The translations under genes and the position numbers were made by a program. A stretch of 63,530 bases of DNA, the filler included. It is 5 parts of 5 records of this genome, joined end to end, with 100 filler letters (N's around TTAATTAATTAA, not from the genome) between each part and the next. Parts side by side here need not be neighbours in the genome. Positions count along the whole stretch, not along the records: positions 26,010 to 39,783 come from SRR20825019_953; positions 39,884 to 50,802 come from SRR20825019_954; 3 more parts are not named here. One strand, given 5' to 3'. The notes beneath the pieces were generated by a model. It had not been told where the DNA came from, did not search any database, and saw nothing but the letters and a program-made list of their open reading frames with translations. This document shows, one piece after another, positions 34,241-44,317 of the stretch; position 1 is the first letter of the stretch; the number at the start of each line of letters is the position of its first letter.

Positions 34241-34441
34241 ACTGGGCTTCCTTTCGGTGACTTTTGGGTGTCCTGCTGTTTGCGGGACGCCGCATAATTT
34301 TTGTGCCTGATATCTTCCGGATGCGGTTTCGCGACGTAACAGGCAAGGTAACAGTAAGGTTAAATTGACCTGACATGCTTGCTGCGCGCGGGACTGTCGA
34401 CCTACCTTCCCTATGGCCAGTCGAGCCATATGGAGGGTCCC

Positions 34442-35185
34442 GTGAAGCCAGTACAACTTGTTTATCACCGTGGCGACAGCCTTAATGCGCCGGAAAATAC
34501 CTTTGCCAGCGCCGAAAGTGCGATTGTGGCGGGGGCGGACTATATCGAATTCGATGTGCGCCAGTCCGCCGACGAAGTTCTGTATGTCATTCATGACGCA
34601 ACCGTGGACCGCACAACCGATGGCACCGGTGCCATTGCGGAAATGACCAGCGCGGAAATTGACCGGCTGGATGCCGGTTCTTGGTTCAATCCGGCATTCG
34701 CAGGCGAGCCGGTGCCGCGGCTTGAAGACTTTCTGCGCCGTCTAAAGGGGCGGGTGAAAATATATTGCGAGATCAAGCAGGCAGATGCGGGCAGGGTTGT
34801 CGACATGCTTGATGGTTTTGCCTTCGGAAACGATGTTTTTGTCAGTTCTTTTTCTGCCGACATTCGTGACGACCTGCGCCGGATTGCACCGGATATCCGG
34901 CGCAATGTGCAGCTTCATATTGCCGGTTCGCTAGAACAGGCGATCCATCATGAACAGGCACATATTTTCGAATTTCTTGAGGAAAATGTGACGCGCGACG
35001 CAATACATGAAGCAAAGGCGCGTGGTCTTGAGACGATGATTTTCATCGATACGCCCAATGCGGAACTTTTCGCCAAACTTGTCGAATGGCAGATTGACTA
35101 TGTCAATCTGGATTATGCGGCGCTTTTCCGTGCGGTTCAGCAGGAAGTCATGTTGCGTTTGGATGGTGCCGCCCAGACGATCTGA
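34442..35185 (+). CDS. Glycerophosphodiester phosphodiesterase family protein
   Basis: HRG...APENT, IEFDV, IHDATVDRTTDG, LDAGSWF, CEIK. Confidence 0.9.
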   Translation: MKPVQLVYHRGDSLNAPENTFASAESAIVAGADYIEFDVRQSADEVLYVIHDATVDRTTDGTGAIAEMTSAEIDRLDAGSWFNPAFAGEPVPRLEDFLRRLKGRVKIYCEIKQADAGRVVDMLDGFAFGNDVFVSSFSADIRDDLRRIAPDIRRNVQLHIAGSLEQAIHHEQAHIFEFLEENVTRDAIHEAKARGLETMIFIDTPNAELFAKLVEWQIDYVNLDYAALFRAVQQEVMLRLDGAAQTI

Positions 35186-35316
35186 TCCTTCCGTAGGCCA
35201 ACTTGATTTGACCTTTCGGATATAATTGGTTAATGCGGCGACACTGAAAATAAACAGGCGATCATCGTCCTTTGCACGGCGGGAAAGGCCTGTGACCGGT
35301 GTCGAGGGAATAGTCT

Positions 35317-36465
35317 TTGAAACTTGTAAGCTGGATCGCTGCGCTGTGCGCGATTTTGGGGGGCGCGATGCATGTTGATGCGCGTGACCTGAACAATGTT
35401 TCCGAACCGCGCATCGCTTTTATCAATCCGGGTTATGGTGATCGCGGTTTCTGGAAAGACGTGCGCGACACCATGCAGGCCGCAGCCGATCAGTTCGGTT
35501 TTGATCTTGTTGTGTTTGACAGCGACCGTGACTGGAAACAGATGGCCGAAAGCGCCAATCGTGTTTTTGCCATAAATCCCCCGCCCGATTACATCATCGC
35601 GGTTAATGAACATCAGCAAGGTACCCGGATCGTTCTTGAGGCGCAGGAACGCAGCATCCCGGTTCTGATGCTGCTCAATGATCTCACCGATGAACAAAAG
35701 CAGCGATTTGGCCGACCGGGCAGGGAACTCGGCTTCTGGATTGCGACGCTGGTTCCTGATAACGAGCGTGCCGGATTTGAAATTGCCCAGTCGTTGGCTA
35801 TTGCCGCAAAGGACGCACATAATGGCGGTTTGCGCAAAGACCTTTGCCTTTTGTCTTTGGCCGGGGACAGCATGACACCGGCGTCGCTGCAGCGGCTCCG
35901 GGGGCTTGATATGGCATTGGAACAGTATCCCTTGCTTCGTGAACAGCGTCGCCTTGTGGTCAATTGGTCATTTGAGGAGGCCTATCGCAGGACTGCGGAA
36001 TGGCTTGCCACAGGTGGCTGTCTGGATGCGGTGTGGGCTGCCAATGACAGTATCGCCCTTGGTGCAATCAAGGCGATCGAAGAATTCGGAAAAGTTCCCG
36101 GGAAGGATGTCTTTGTTGGCGGCTTGAACTGGTCCGCCGAAGGATTGGAAAATGTTGCCAGTGGCAAAATGACGATGACGCATGGCGGACATTTTCTGGC
36201 GGGTGCGTGGATTATGGTATTGCTAAAAGATTACCTTGAAGGCATTGAAAAACTGACAACAAATCCCGAAATATCTTTCGGAATGCAGGCAATTACACGG
36301 GATAATTTCGAGACCTACAAGCAGGTTCTTGGCGACCGTGACTGGAATAAGATTGATTTTTCACAGTTCAGCCTTGTCAGCAATCCGGAACAAAGGGACT
36401 ATCGGTTCAGGATCGAGGAACTGAATTCGGCGCAGGAACGTGATTGGCCAATACCGTCGCGCTGA
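35317..36465 (+). CDS. Periplasmic sugar-binding-like protein (type 1 PBP fold)
   Basis: Signal peptide; FINPG...FW, PDNERAG, VWAANDSIALGA, GGLNWS, GGHF. Confidence 0.8.
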   Translation: MKLVSWIAALCAILGGAMHVDARDLNNVSEPRIAFINPGYGDRGFWKDVRDTMQAAADQFGFDLVVFDSDRDWKQMAESANRVFAINPPPDYIIAVNEHQQGTRIVLEAQERSIPVLMLLNDLTDEQKQRFGRPGRELGFWIATLVPDNERAGFEIAQSLAIAAKDAHNGGLRKDLCLLSLAGDSMTPASLQRLRGLDMALEQYPLLREQRRLVVNWSFEEAYRRTAEWLATGGCLDAVWAANDSIALGAIKAIEEFGKVPGKDVFVGGLNWSAEGLENVASGKMTMTHGGHFLAGAWIMVLLKDYLEGIEKLTTNPEISFGMQAITRDNFETYKQVLGDRDWNKIDFSQFSLVSNPEQRDYRFRIEELNSAQERDWPIPSR

Positions 36466-36495
36466 TTGGACTGGCTTTAATGGAAAGGGTGCCGT

Positions 36496-37944
36496 GTGTC
36501 TAAGACAGGAAAGGATACCGTTCAGGACCTGTCTGGACTGAAGCTTGGCAGTTCTGTTGCGACAAGGCAGCTTAAATATTCCCTGTTGGCCGCAATGCTA
36601 CTTGGTTTTGTTATCACGGCTTTTCAGATTTTCACCGACTATCAATGGCTTGAGGGTGTCTATCAGCAGGCCAACGAGCGTGTTGTTGATAGCAGCCTGC
36701 CTGTGGCGGCCGAAGCGGTGACAAAAAAGGATGCAGCATTGGCCGAGGTCATGGCGCGCGGCATGATGCTGCAAAGATCCATTTCCAGTGTCAAAATACA
36801 GCTTGGCGATGGCTCCGTTCTTTATCAAAGAAAACGTCCGGTAGGGGAAATTCCAACCTCGCGATGGGCGGAAAAGTTGTTTGGCGGTTTGCAGCAGCTT
36901 GAAATCCCGCTTCAAAATGAAAACAACCCGTCTGCCGATGCCTTGGGAACACTGGTCGTTGCCCTGAATCCCCAGGTTTATGTAACTGCGTTCATGTCGC
37001 GGTCTGCCTGGTCGTTTTTGGCCAACATGGTTTTTGCGGCCACCATGGCGGTGGTATTTGCCTCGCTTAGTTATTTTGTGTTTTCGCGCCCCTTGGTGAA
37101 GCTGGCGCATTACATCGTCAATTCCGATCCGTCGGATGTTAAACGGTCGCTGGATATGCCGCCAACGTATCGTCATGACGATGAAGTGCAATTGCTGAGT
37201 TCGGTTACGGTAGGGCTTTTTGGCATGATACGGGGGCAAATCGGGCAGTTGCAGCGCGCGCGTGATGATTTGCAGGACGCAAATGTCAATCTGGAAACGC
37301 GGGTTGAAAGTCGGACGCGCGCATTGAATGAAGCCATGGGAAAGCTTGAAGTGCTGGCTTCGACAGATCCGTTGACCGGTCTTGCCAACCGTCGCATTTT
37401 TATGATGCGTCTTGAAGAAAACCTTTCGATCTGGAAGCGTCGCGATACGCCGATGAGTATCATTTTGCTCGATATTGATAGGTTCAAGCTTTTGAATGAC
37501 ACCTATGGTCATCAGGCCGGAGATGCGGTTTTGGTATCACTGGCAAAGCTTTTGAGATACAGCCTGCGTGATATCGATTTACCAGCCCGACTGGGCGGGG
37601 AAGAATTTGCGGTTCTTCTTCCGGGGGAGGGGGCGGAAGGTGCCATTATCCTTGCAGAGCGTCTTCGGAGCGCGGTTGAACAGGATGCTGTTGCCTTCGG
37701 CGGCAAGCATTTGAACTACACGTCAAGTTTCGGGGTGATATCACTGCCTGCACAGGGGACGGCTGGCAAATTGGATGCGCAAGTTGCCAAAAACGTTGCA
37801 TTGCTGAAATCCCGCGAAAACACAGATGTTGCCGACATTCTTTATTCGCTGGTCGATGCCGCACTTTATCAAGCCAAGGAAACAGGGCGAAATCGTTGTA
37901 TGCCTGTCGATCTGGCCAATCTGGCCGATCAGATCAGCACCTGA
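36496..37944 (+). CDS. Membrane diguanylate cyclase (2 TM, HAMP-like/coiled coil, GGDEF)
   Basis: TDPLTGLANRR, DIDRFKLLNDTYGHQAGD, I-site RDID, active-site GGEEF, ALYQAKETGRN. Confidence 0.92.
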   Translation: MSKTGKDTVQDLSGLKLGSSVATRQLKYSLLAAMLLGFVITAFQIFTDYQWLEGVYQQANERVVDSSLPVAAEAVTKKDAALAEVMARGMMLQRSISSVKIQLGDGSVLYQRKRPVGEIPTSRWAEKLFGGLQQLEIPLQNENNPSADALGTLVVALNPQVYVTAFMSRSAWSFLANMVFAATMAVVFASLSYFVFSRPLVKLAHYIVNSDPSDVKRSLDMPPTYRHDDEVQLLSSVTVGLFGMIRGQIGQLQRARDDLQDANVNLETRVESRTRALNEAMGKLEVLASTDPLTGLANRRIFMMRLEENLSIWKRRDTPMSIILLDIDRFKLLNDTYGHQAGDAVLVSLAKLLRYSLRDIDLPARLGGEEFAVLLPGEGAEGAIILAERLRSAVEQDAVAFGGKHLNYTSSFGVISLPAQGTAGKLDAQVAKNVALLKSRENTDVADILYSLVDAALYQAKETGRNRCMPVDLANLADQIST

Positions 37945-37951
37945 GTTGGGG

Positions 37952-39115
37952 CTATTGACGGCCGTCGTCATTTCCCTGTCTTGAAATCCGTATATCGCGG
38001 TGGATTGATACACTCATCAGAAGGCCAAAGCTGACAAGAATGGTCATCATCACCGTGCCGCCGTACGATACCAGCGGCAACGGAACACCGACCACAGGGA
38101 TAAGTCCCATCACCATGGCGATGTTGATGAAGACATACAGGAAAAAGGTCGAGGTGATCCCGATTGCGACAAGGCGACCGAACTGGTTGCGGCACCGAAG
38201 CGCAATCACATAACCATACATGATTACCATGGTATAAAGCAGCAGCAACGCCAATCCGCCAACCAGTCCGAACTCTTCACCCAGCATGGTAAAGATAAAG
38301 TCGGTCTGTTTTTCCGGCAGGAAATTCAGATGGCTTTGCGATCCCAGCATATAACCCTTGCCAAACAGGCCGCCGGACCCAAGGGCAATCTTTGACTGGG
38401 TAATGTGGTAGCCCGCGCCAAGCGGATCATTTTCAGGGTTCAGGAACGTCAGAACGCGGTTTTTCTGATAATCGCGCAGAAACTGCCAGCCGATGGGAAT
38501 GATTGCCAGAACCGCGCCAAGTATCAGGGCGAATTTCCACATCCGAACCCCGGCAAGCCAGAAGATGACGCCGCCACCGGCAATCAGCAATAGGGCAGTA
38601 CCCAGATCAGGCTGACGCAACACCAGTGCCGCAGGAGCCAGAACCATTAAAAGTGGCGGTATCAAAAGCGGAATGCGCCCCACTTCTTCGACAGTCAGGC
38701 CGTGGAAATAACGCGCAAGTGCCAGCACAAGCGAGATTTTCATCAGTTCGGATGGTTGCAACTGGAAGAAACCAAGATTGATCCAGCGTTGCGCCCCCAT
38801 GCCAATATCCCCCTTGATTTCAACCCCAATCAGAAGGATCAGCGCGACGAAATAGGAAAAATAGGCAAGTTTCAACCAGACACGGACATCGGTAACCGCG
38901 ATGCCAATCATCACGATGGCGCCAACAGCAAAACGCATCATCTGACGTTCCGCCCATGGTTCAACCGAACCGTTGGCCGCCGAATACAGCATGGCAAAAC
39001 CGATCCCCGCCAGTGTGGAAATCAGCAATACCAACGTCCAGTTAAGCATTAAAAGACGGCGACCGATTGGCACGTAATCCGGATCTTCGCCGATACGATA
39101 TCTGCGGCTTGCCAT
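37952..39115 (-). CDS. rodA: Rod shape-determining protein RodA (SEDS family)
   Basis: GAQRWI, QPSELMK, QPDLGTA, GYHITQSKIALGSGG, FLPEKQTDFIF, PVVGVPLPLVSYGG; directly downstream of mrdA. Confidence 0.96.
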   Translation of the reverse strand: MASRRYRIGEDPDYVPIGRRLLMLNWTLVLLISTLAGIGFAMLYSAANGSVEPWAERQMMRFAVGAIVMIGIAVTDVRVWLKLAYFSYFVALILLIGVEIKGDIGMGAQRWINLGFFQLQPSELMKISLVLALARYFHGLTVEEVGRIPLLIPPLLMVLAPAALVLRQPDLGTALLLIAGGGVIFWLAGVRMWKFALILGAVLAIIPIGWQFLRDYQKNRVLTFLNPENDPLGAGYHITQSKIALGSGGLFGKGYMLGSQSHLNFLPEKQTDFIFTMLGEEFGLVGGLALLLLYTMVIMYGYVIALRCRNQFGRLVAIGITSTFFLYVFINIAMVMGLIPVVGVPLPLVSYGGTVMMTILVSFGLLMSVSIHRDIRISRQGNDDGRQ

Positions 39116-39119
39116 CGTT

Positions 39120-39783
39120 CTAGCCTTCTTCTTCGCGGTCTGTCTGTGACGGGTGCGATAATTGCGCGGTGGATTGAATGTTGGCCGCCGATATGCCCGG
39201 GCGTGCAGATTTCAGTTCCTGCGCCTTGATCAGAATGTCACGTGCAATCGGTGCAGCGATGCCTGAACCGGATCCACCGTGATCCACAACAACCGCGCAG
39301 GCATAGCGGGGATTGTCGACCGGTGCAAAGGCAACAAACAGCGCATGATCGCGGTATTTCCACGGCAGATCATTGTTATCAAGAACCCCGGTGGTTTGGC
39401 GTTCGCGCATGGTAATGCGGCGGACCTGACTGGTGCCTGTCTTACCGGCCATCTCCATGCCCTTGATATCAATCCGCGACCGATGTGCCGTGCCGCGCAA
39501 TTCGTTGGTGACACCATTCATGCCGTCGCGAATACGCGCCAGATGGGCACGGTTGACCTGAAGTTCGGGGAATTCTTCATTCGCCCGGCTGGTGATGCCT
39601 TCTGCGGTGACATGATCGCGTGTCAGATGCGGCTTAACAGCCTTGCCCGATGCGATGCGTGCAACCATGGTCGCGAGTTGCAATGGCGTTGCCAGAACGT
39701 ATCCCTGACCGATTGACGAAATCAGGGTTTCACCACCCTGCCAGCGTTTGCCGAGCTGGATTTCCTTCCAGTCCTTGGTCGGG
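39120..39783 (-). CDS. mrdA: Penicillin-binding protein 2, C-terminal part (truncated)
   Basis: SIGQGYVLATPLQLA, AGKTGTSQV, DHALFVAFAP, HGGSGS; upstream of rodA. Confidence 0.92.
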
Positions 39784-39883
39784 NNNNNNNNNNNNNNNNN
39801 NNNNNNNNNNNNNNNNNNNNNNNNNNNTTAATTAATTAANNNNNNNNNNNNNNNNNNNNNNNNNNNNNNNNNNNNNNNNNNNN
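39784..39883. other. Artificial contig linker
   Basis: N run + TTAATTAATTAA + N run. Confidence 0.99.
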
Positions 39884-40541
39884 AGCCGCCGCCGTCGCGG
39901 CCGTCTATGCCTGGATCATCGCCACCTTCGTCTATCGGGACATGGGGCCTCTGGCAGCCGAGGGCGAGACCCGGAATGTTTCCCTGTTCCGCCAGCCCAG
40001 CGCCTTGCTGACGGCACTCTATCATCCGGACACACGCAAGACCCTGTTCGATGCCGGCAAGTTGACGGTGACGCTGCTGTTCGTCATCGCCAACGCGCTG
40101 ATCCTGAAGCATGTCCTGACCGACGAGCAGGTGCCGCAGCAGATCACCGAGGCCATGCTGGCCTATGGCTTCGGCCCGGTGATGTTCCTTGTCGCGGTGA
40201 ACGTGATCCTGCTGATCGGCGGTCAGTTCATGGAGCCGTCGGGCCTGCTGGTGATCGTGGCGCCGCTGGTCTTCCCGATCGCCATGGAGCTTGGCATCGA
40301 CCCGATCCATCTCGGCATCATCATGGTGGTAAACATGGAGATCGGCATGATCACGCCGCCCGTGGGGCTCAACCTGTTCGTCACCTCAGGAGTTGCCGGC
40401 ATGCCGATGATGTCCGTGGTGAAGGCTGCCCTGCCGTTCCTGGCCGTGCTCTTCGCCTTCCTCATTCTCGTTACCTACGTGCCGTGGATCTCGACCGTAC
40501 TGCCGAATGCAGTCATGGGCCCGGAGATCGTGACGAACTAG
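39884..40541 (+). CDS. dctM: TRAP transporter large permease, C-terminal part (truncated)
   Basis: GQFMEPSGLLVIVAPLVFPIA..LGIDPIHLGIIMVVNMEIGMITPPVGLNLFV. Confidence 0.93.
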
Positions 40542-40565
40542 ATCGTCACGATCCAAGCAGAAACA

Positions 40566-40599
40566 GACAGGCCGTTTCCCTTCCCGGGTGCGGCCTGTC
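40566..40599. terminator. Stem-loop between convergent dctM and pseB
   Basis: GACAGGCCG...CGGCCTGTC inverted repeat. Confidence 0.6.
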
Positions 40600-40605
40600 G
40601 TCGTT

Positions 40606-41634
40606 TCAGACCGATGCCATCATCTTGTTGAGATCGTCGCCGCTCAGCCAGTCCGTATTGGTGTCGCTTGCATAGCGGAATTCGGCGGGCACCATCTTGT
40701 GGCCCTCGGCCAGATAGGCATCCAGCACCTTGTCGCTTTGCGCCGGCAGGATGACATAGCGATCCTCCAGCTCGACCGTGGTGCGGGAATCGTCTTCCGA
40801 GATCATCACCTCGTGCAGCTTCTCGCCCGGCCGGATGCCAACATTGCGGAGCGGCAGTCCCGGAGCCATGGTCTTCGCCACATCCGTAATCTTCATGCTC
40901 GGGATCTTGGGCACGAAAATCTCGCGGCCCTTCATCATCTGCATGCTGGAAAGCACGAAATTCACCCCCTGCTGCAGGGTGATCCAGAACCGCGTCATGC
41001 GCTCGTCGGTGATCGGCAGATCCGGCGACTGCTCGTTCATCAGTTTGCGGAAGAAGGGTATAACGCTACCGCGCGAGCCGATCACATTGCCGTACCGGAC
41101 GACAGAGAACCGGCAGCCGTCCGCCCCGGAGATATTATTCGCGGCGACGAAGATCTTGTCGGAGGCGAGCTTGGTCGCACCGTAAAGATTGATCGGGTTC
41201 GCCGCCTTGTCTGTCGACAATGCAATGACCTTCTTGACGCCAGTGCGGAGCGCCGCCTTCACGATATTCTCAGCGCCATAGATGTTGGTCTGGACGCACT
41301 CGAACGGGTTGTATTCGGCGGCCGGCACATGCTTCATCGCCGCCGCATGCACCACATAGTCAACGCCGCGCATCGCCAGTTCGAGCCGGTCCACGTCGCG
41401 TACATCGCCGATGAAATAGCGGATCGGCTTGCCCGGGACCGATGGATAATCCTGCCCCATGTCGTAATGCTTCTGCTCGTCCCGTGAGAACACGATACAG
41501 CGGCGCATTTCCGAGGAAGCCAGAGCGGTCCGGACAAATTCCTTACCGAAGGAACCTGTGCCGCCAGTAACCAACACTGTCTTGCCATCAAGATCGATGT
41601 GGTCGGTATCAAACGAGAATGGTTGATAGCTCAT
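40606..41634 (-). CDS. pseB: UDP-N-acetylglucosamine 4,6-dehydratase (inverting)
   Basis: TGGTGSFG, FSRDEQK, HAAAMKHVPAAEYNPFEC, LSTDKAANPINLYGATKLASDK, RYGNVIGSRGSVIP, MTRFWITL, GIRPGEKLHE. Confidence 0.95.
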   Translation of the reverse strand: MSYQPFSFDTDHIDLDGKTVLVTGGTGSFGKEFVRTALASSEMRRCIVFSRDEQKHYDMGQDYPSVPGKPIRYFIGDVRDVDRLELAMRGVDYVVHAAAMKHVPAAEYNPFECVQTNIYGAENIVKAALRTGVKKVIALSTDKAANPINLYGATKLASDKIFVAANNISGADGCRFSVVRYGNVIGSRGSVIPFFRKLMNEQSPDLPITDERMTRFWITLQQGVNFVLSSMQMMKGREIFVPKIPSMKITDVAKTMAPGLPLRNVGIRPGEKLHEVMISEDDSRTTVELEDRYVILPAQSDKVLDAYLAEGHKMVPAEFRYASDTNTDWLSGDDLNKMMASV

Positions 41635-41720
41635 GCGGCCCGGAGCCTCCCCCTAAGACATTCGAATCATTTTATTTTGCCCTGTTTCCCGCATATGAGG
41701 AAGAGGCAGATTCGCGCCCC

Positions 41721-42932
41721 TTATATGCCGAGCACTTCAGTCAGCTCCTCAACCACCCGTTCAACGTCCCCTTCGCTCATCGCCGGGAATAGCGGCAGGC
41801 TCAGACAACGGGCGTAATAGGCGTCCGCGCCGGGCAGGGATTTCGCCTGATACCGGCTCGCATAATAAGGCTGGCGGTGTACCGGAATATAATGCACCTG
41901 AGTGCCGATCCCCCGCTCCTTCAGGGCCGTCATCACCGCCGTCCTGGTTGTACCAAGCGCCGCGAAATCGATCAGGGCCACGGCGAGGTGCCAGGCCGGA
42001 TTGCAGCCCGGCGCAACCTTCTGCATCGCCACATGCGGGCCAAGCGCGTCCAGAAGCTCCTGATAGAGAGCCCGGAGAGCGCGCCGTTTGGAGACAAAAG
42101 CGTCGAGCTTACCCAGCTGGCTGAGGCCGAGGGCGGCATTGATGTCCGAGAGCCGGTAATTGTAGCCGGGCTCGTGCATCTCATAATACCAGGGGGCCGG
42201 AACGCCGTCCTCGAACCCCATCCGCTTGTTCAGGAAACTCTCCGGCTCCCGCACAAGGCCGTGGTTCCGTGACCGCCGCAGAGAGTCGGCGAAGCGATCG
42301 CTGTTGGTTGTCAGCATGCCTCCCTCGCCCGTCGCGATGGTTTTCACCGGATGGGTCGAGAACATGGTGATGCCGCCATGCGGGCATGAGCCGACAGGTA
42401 CCATGCTGCCGTCGATCTCGTATTCGGCGCCGAGTGCATGGCAGGCATCCTCGATCAGCACCAGCTCTGGGAACTCCGCGGCAAGTTCGTCCAGATTGAC
42501 TGTGTGTCCTGTCAGATGAACCGGGAAGATCGCCTTCACCGTTCCCTTGGACATGCCGGCGATGGCTCTCTGCACATCCTCCAGACGCATCACGCCCGTT
42601 TCAGGATCCACATCGGCGAACAGAACATCCGCCTTCACGTACCGGGCCGCATTGGCCGTGGCCAGGAAGGTCACGCTCGGCACCACGACGATATCGCCGA
42701 AATCGAGATCGAGAGCTATCGCCGCCATATGCAGGCCCGCAGTTCCGCTGGAGCAGGCAATCGCGTGCCTGGCGCCGACACGTTCGGCGAATGCCCTCTC
42801 ATAGGCCTCCACCGCCGGGCCGGTTGTCAGCCAGTCACCGCGCAGAACGTCGAGCACCGCCCGCTCGTCGGCCTCATCGATAAGCTGCCTGCCATAGGGA
42901 AGAAACGAACGATTACCGGGCACGTCATTCAT
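41721..42932 (-). CDS. pseC: UDP-4-amino-4,6-dideoxy-N-acetyl-beta-L-altrosamine transaminase
   Basis: LPYGRQ.ID...WLTTGP, SSGTAGLH, IEDACHALG, FSTHPVKTIATGEGG, WYYEM..PGYNYRLSD, QVHYIPVH; adjacent to pseB. Confidence 0.92.
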   Translation of the reverse strand: MNDVPGNRSFLPYGRQLIDEADERAVLDVLRGDWLTTGPAVEAYERAFAERVGARHAIACSSGTAGLHMAAIALDLDFGDIVVVPSVTFLATANAARYVKADVLFADVDPETGVMRLEDVQRAIAGMSKGTVKAIFPVHLTGHTVNLDELAAEFPELVLIEDACHALGAEYEIDGSMVPVGSCPHGGITMFSTHPVKTIATGEGGMLTTNSDRFADSLRRSRNHGLVREPESFLNKRMGFEDGVPAPWYYEMHEPGYNYRLSDINAALGLSQLGKLDAFVSKRRALRALYQELLDALGPHVAMQKVAPGCNPAWHLAVALIDFAALGTTRTAVMTALKERGIGTQVHYIPVHRQPYYASRYQAKSLPGADAYYARCLSLPLFPAMSEGDVERVVEELTEVLGI

Positions 42933-42936
42933 CGGA

Positions 42937-44274
42937 TCAGTTTTCCCTCAATCCCATCTCGAAACTGCGCACCAATGGGGCAAGCAGATATTCAAGCAGC
43001 GTCTGGTCACCGGTCGAGATTATCACGGTTGCCGGCATCCCCTGAACAAGCTCCAGTTCAGGTTGTCGCGCCAGGCTTTCCAGATCCAGAACGACGCGCG
43101 CCTCATAAAAGGGTGCGCCCTGTTCGGGCTGCACGATGTCAGCTGAAATACTGACCAGTTCACCATCGATCGGCTGCGTGGTCCGCTGGCTGAAAGAAGT
43201 CAGTCTCACACTGGTAAGCGCGCCGACTTCAACCACGTCGATATCTGTCGGATCAATGCGCGCCTTGACCACCAGCGTGTCGTCCTGCGGCACGATGCCC
43301 ATCACCGGCTCCCCCGGAGCGACGACTCCGCCAACCGTATGGAACCGCAGGCCGTAGATCCGCCCATCCTGGGGAGCCCGAATGCGGGTCCGGTCCAACG
43401 CATCCCGCGCGCCTGTCAGACGATCCTTCAGATCGATCATCTGGTCCTGCACCTGACGCAGGTTGGTCTCCACCTCGGTCTTGAACCGTTCCTCGGTGTT
43501 CAGCAACTGGAACTCGGTCTCGGCAATCGTCTGTTCCGCCCGCGCGATCAGCGCCTTGCGGTTTCCGATACTGCCTTCCAGCTGTACCGCCGTGCGCTCG
43601 AGAGACAGCAGGCGCGGCTTCCGCTCCAGTCCCTTCTCGTACAACACCCGGACATCCGCGATCTCTTCCTGAATCAGCTCGTACTGACGTGCATCCGCCC
43701 GCTGCTGTGCCCCGAGTGCCGTGATTTCTTCCCTGGTTTTCTGGATACGGCGGCGAAGCAGCCCGAACTGGCTGTCGCGGGCGCTGATACGGGTCTCGAA
43801 CAGACGCCTTTGTCCGGCGATGACTTCCCCGACATCGACATCCGCTGCTTGCGACAACAGTTCAGCCGGAAAATTGACCTCCGCCAGATCGTCCCGCTCG
43901 GCGACGAGGCGGGCCTTGCTGCCCAGGTGGGTCAAAAACTGTTTATGGAGCAGTTCGTATTCGACCCGTGCCCTTGTGTCGTCCAGCTTGATCAGAACCT
44001 CGCCTTCGTGCACCAGGTCGCCATCCCGGACATTGATCGCCTCGATGATCCCGCCTTCCAGGTGCTGAACGGTTTTCTGGTTCGACGAAACCTGTAACTG
44101 GCCCTGTGCGATCGCCCCGCTTCCGAGCGGGGCCAGCGAGGCCCAAAGGCCAAAGCCACCAAAAAACAGCAGCAGGACCAGGAAGCCGGTCAAGACGACA
44201 GGACGCCATGCTTTCGGATTCTCGGCATCCGAAAGGGCGAAAGCATCGCTCAGGTCGTTTTCGGCATTCGACAT
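42937..44274 (-). CDS. HlyD-family type I secretion membrane fusion protein (PrtE/AprE-like)
   Basis: TM then VQHLEGGII, long coiled coil, IRAPQDG...TVGGVV.PGEP.M.IVP, GMPA...RTLL.YL..P-like C-terminus. Confidence 0.93.
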   Translation of the reverse strand: MSNAENDLSDAFALSDAENPKAWRPVVLTGFLVLLLFFGGFGLWASLAPLGSGAIAQGQLQVSSNQKTVQHLEGGIIEAINVRDGDLVHEGEVLIKLDDTRARVEYELLHKQFLTHLGSKARLVAERDDLAEVNFPAELLSQAADVDVGEVIAGQRRLFETRISARDSQFGLLRRRIQKTREEITALGAQQRADARQYELIQEEIADVRVLYEKGLERKPRLLSLERTAVQLEGSIGNRKALIARAEQTIAETEFQLLNTEERFKTEVETNLRQVQDQMIDLKDRLTGARDALDRTRIRAPQDGRIYGLRFHTVGGVVAPGEPVMGIVPQDDTLVVKARIDPTDIDVVEVGALTSVRLTSFSQRTTQPIDGELVSISADIVQPEQGAPFYEARVVLDLESLARQPELELVQGMPATVIISTGDQTLLEYLLAPLVRSFEMGLREN

Positions 44275-44317
44275 TTATGGTTCCTGACAACGGCCATGAC
44301 TGCTCGGGCCGGTCTGC

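Noticed and set aside
1-39783. Eukaryotic intron-containing genes next to bacterial operons, suggesting horizontal transfer or endosymbiont integration
   Set aside because: They are separated by an artificial N/TTAATTAATTAA linker; adjacency of contigs has no biological meaning.
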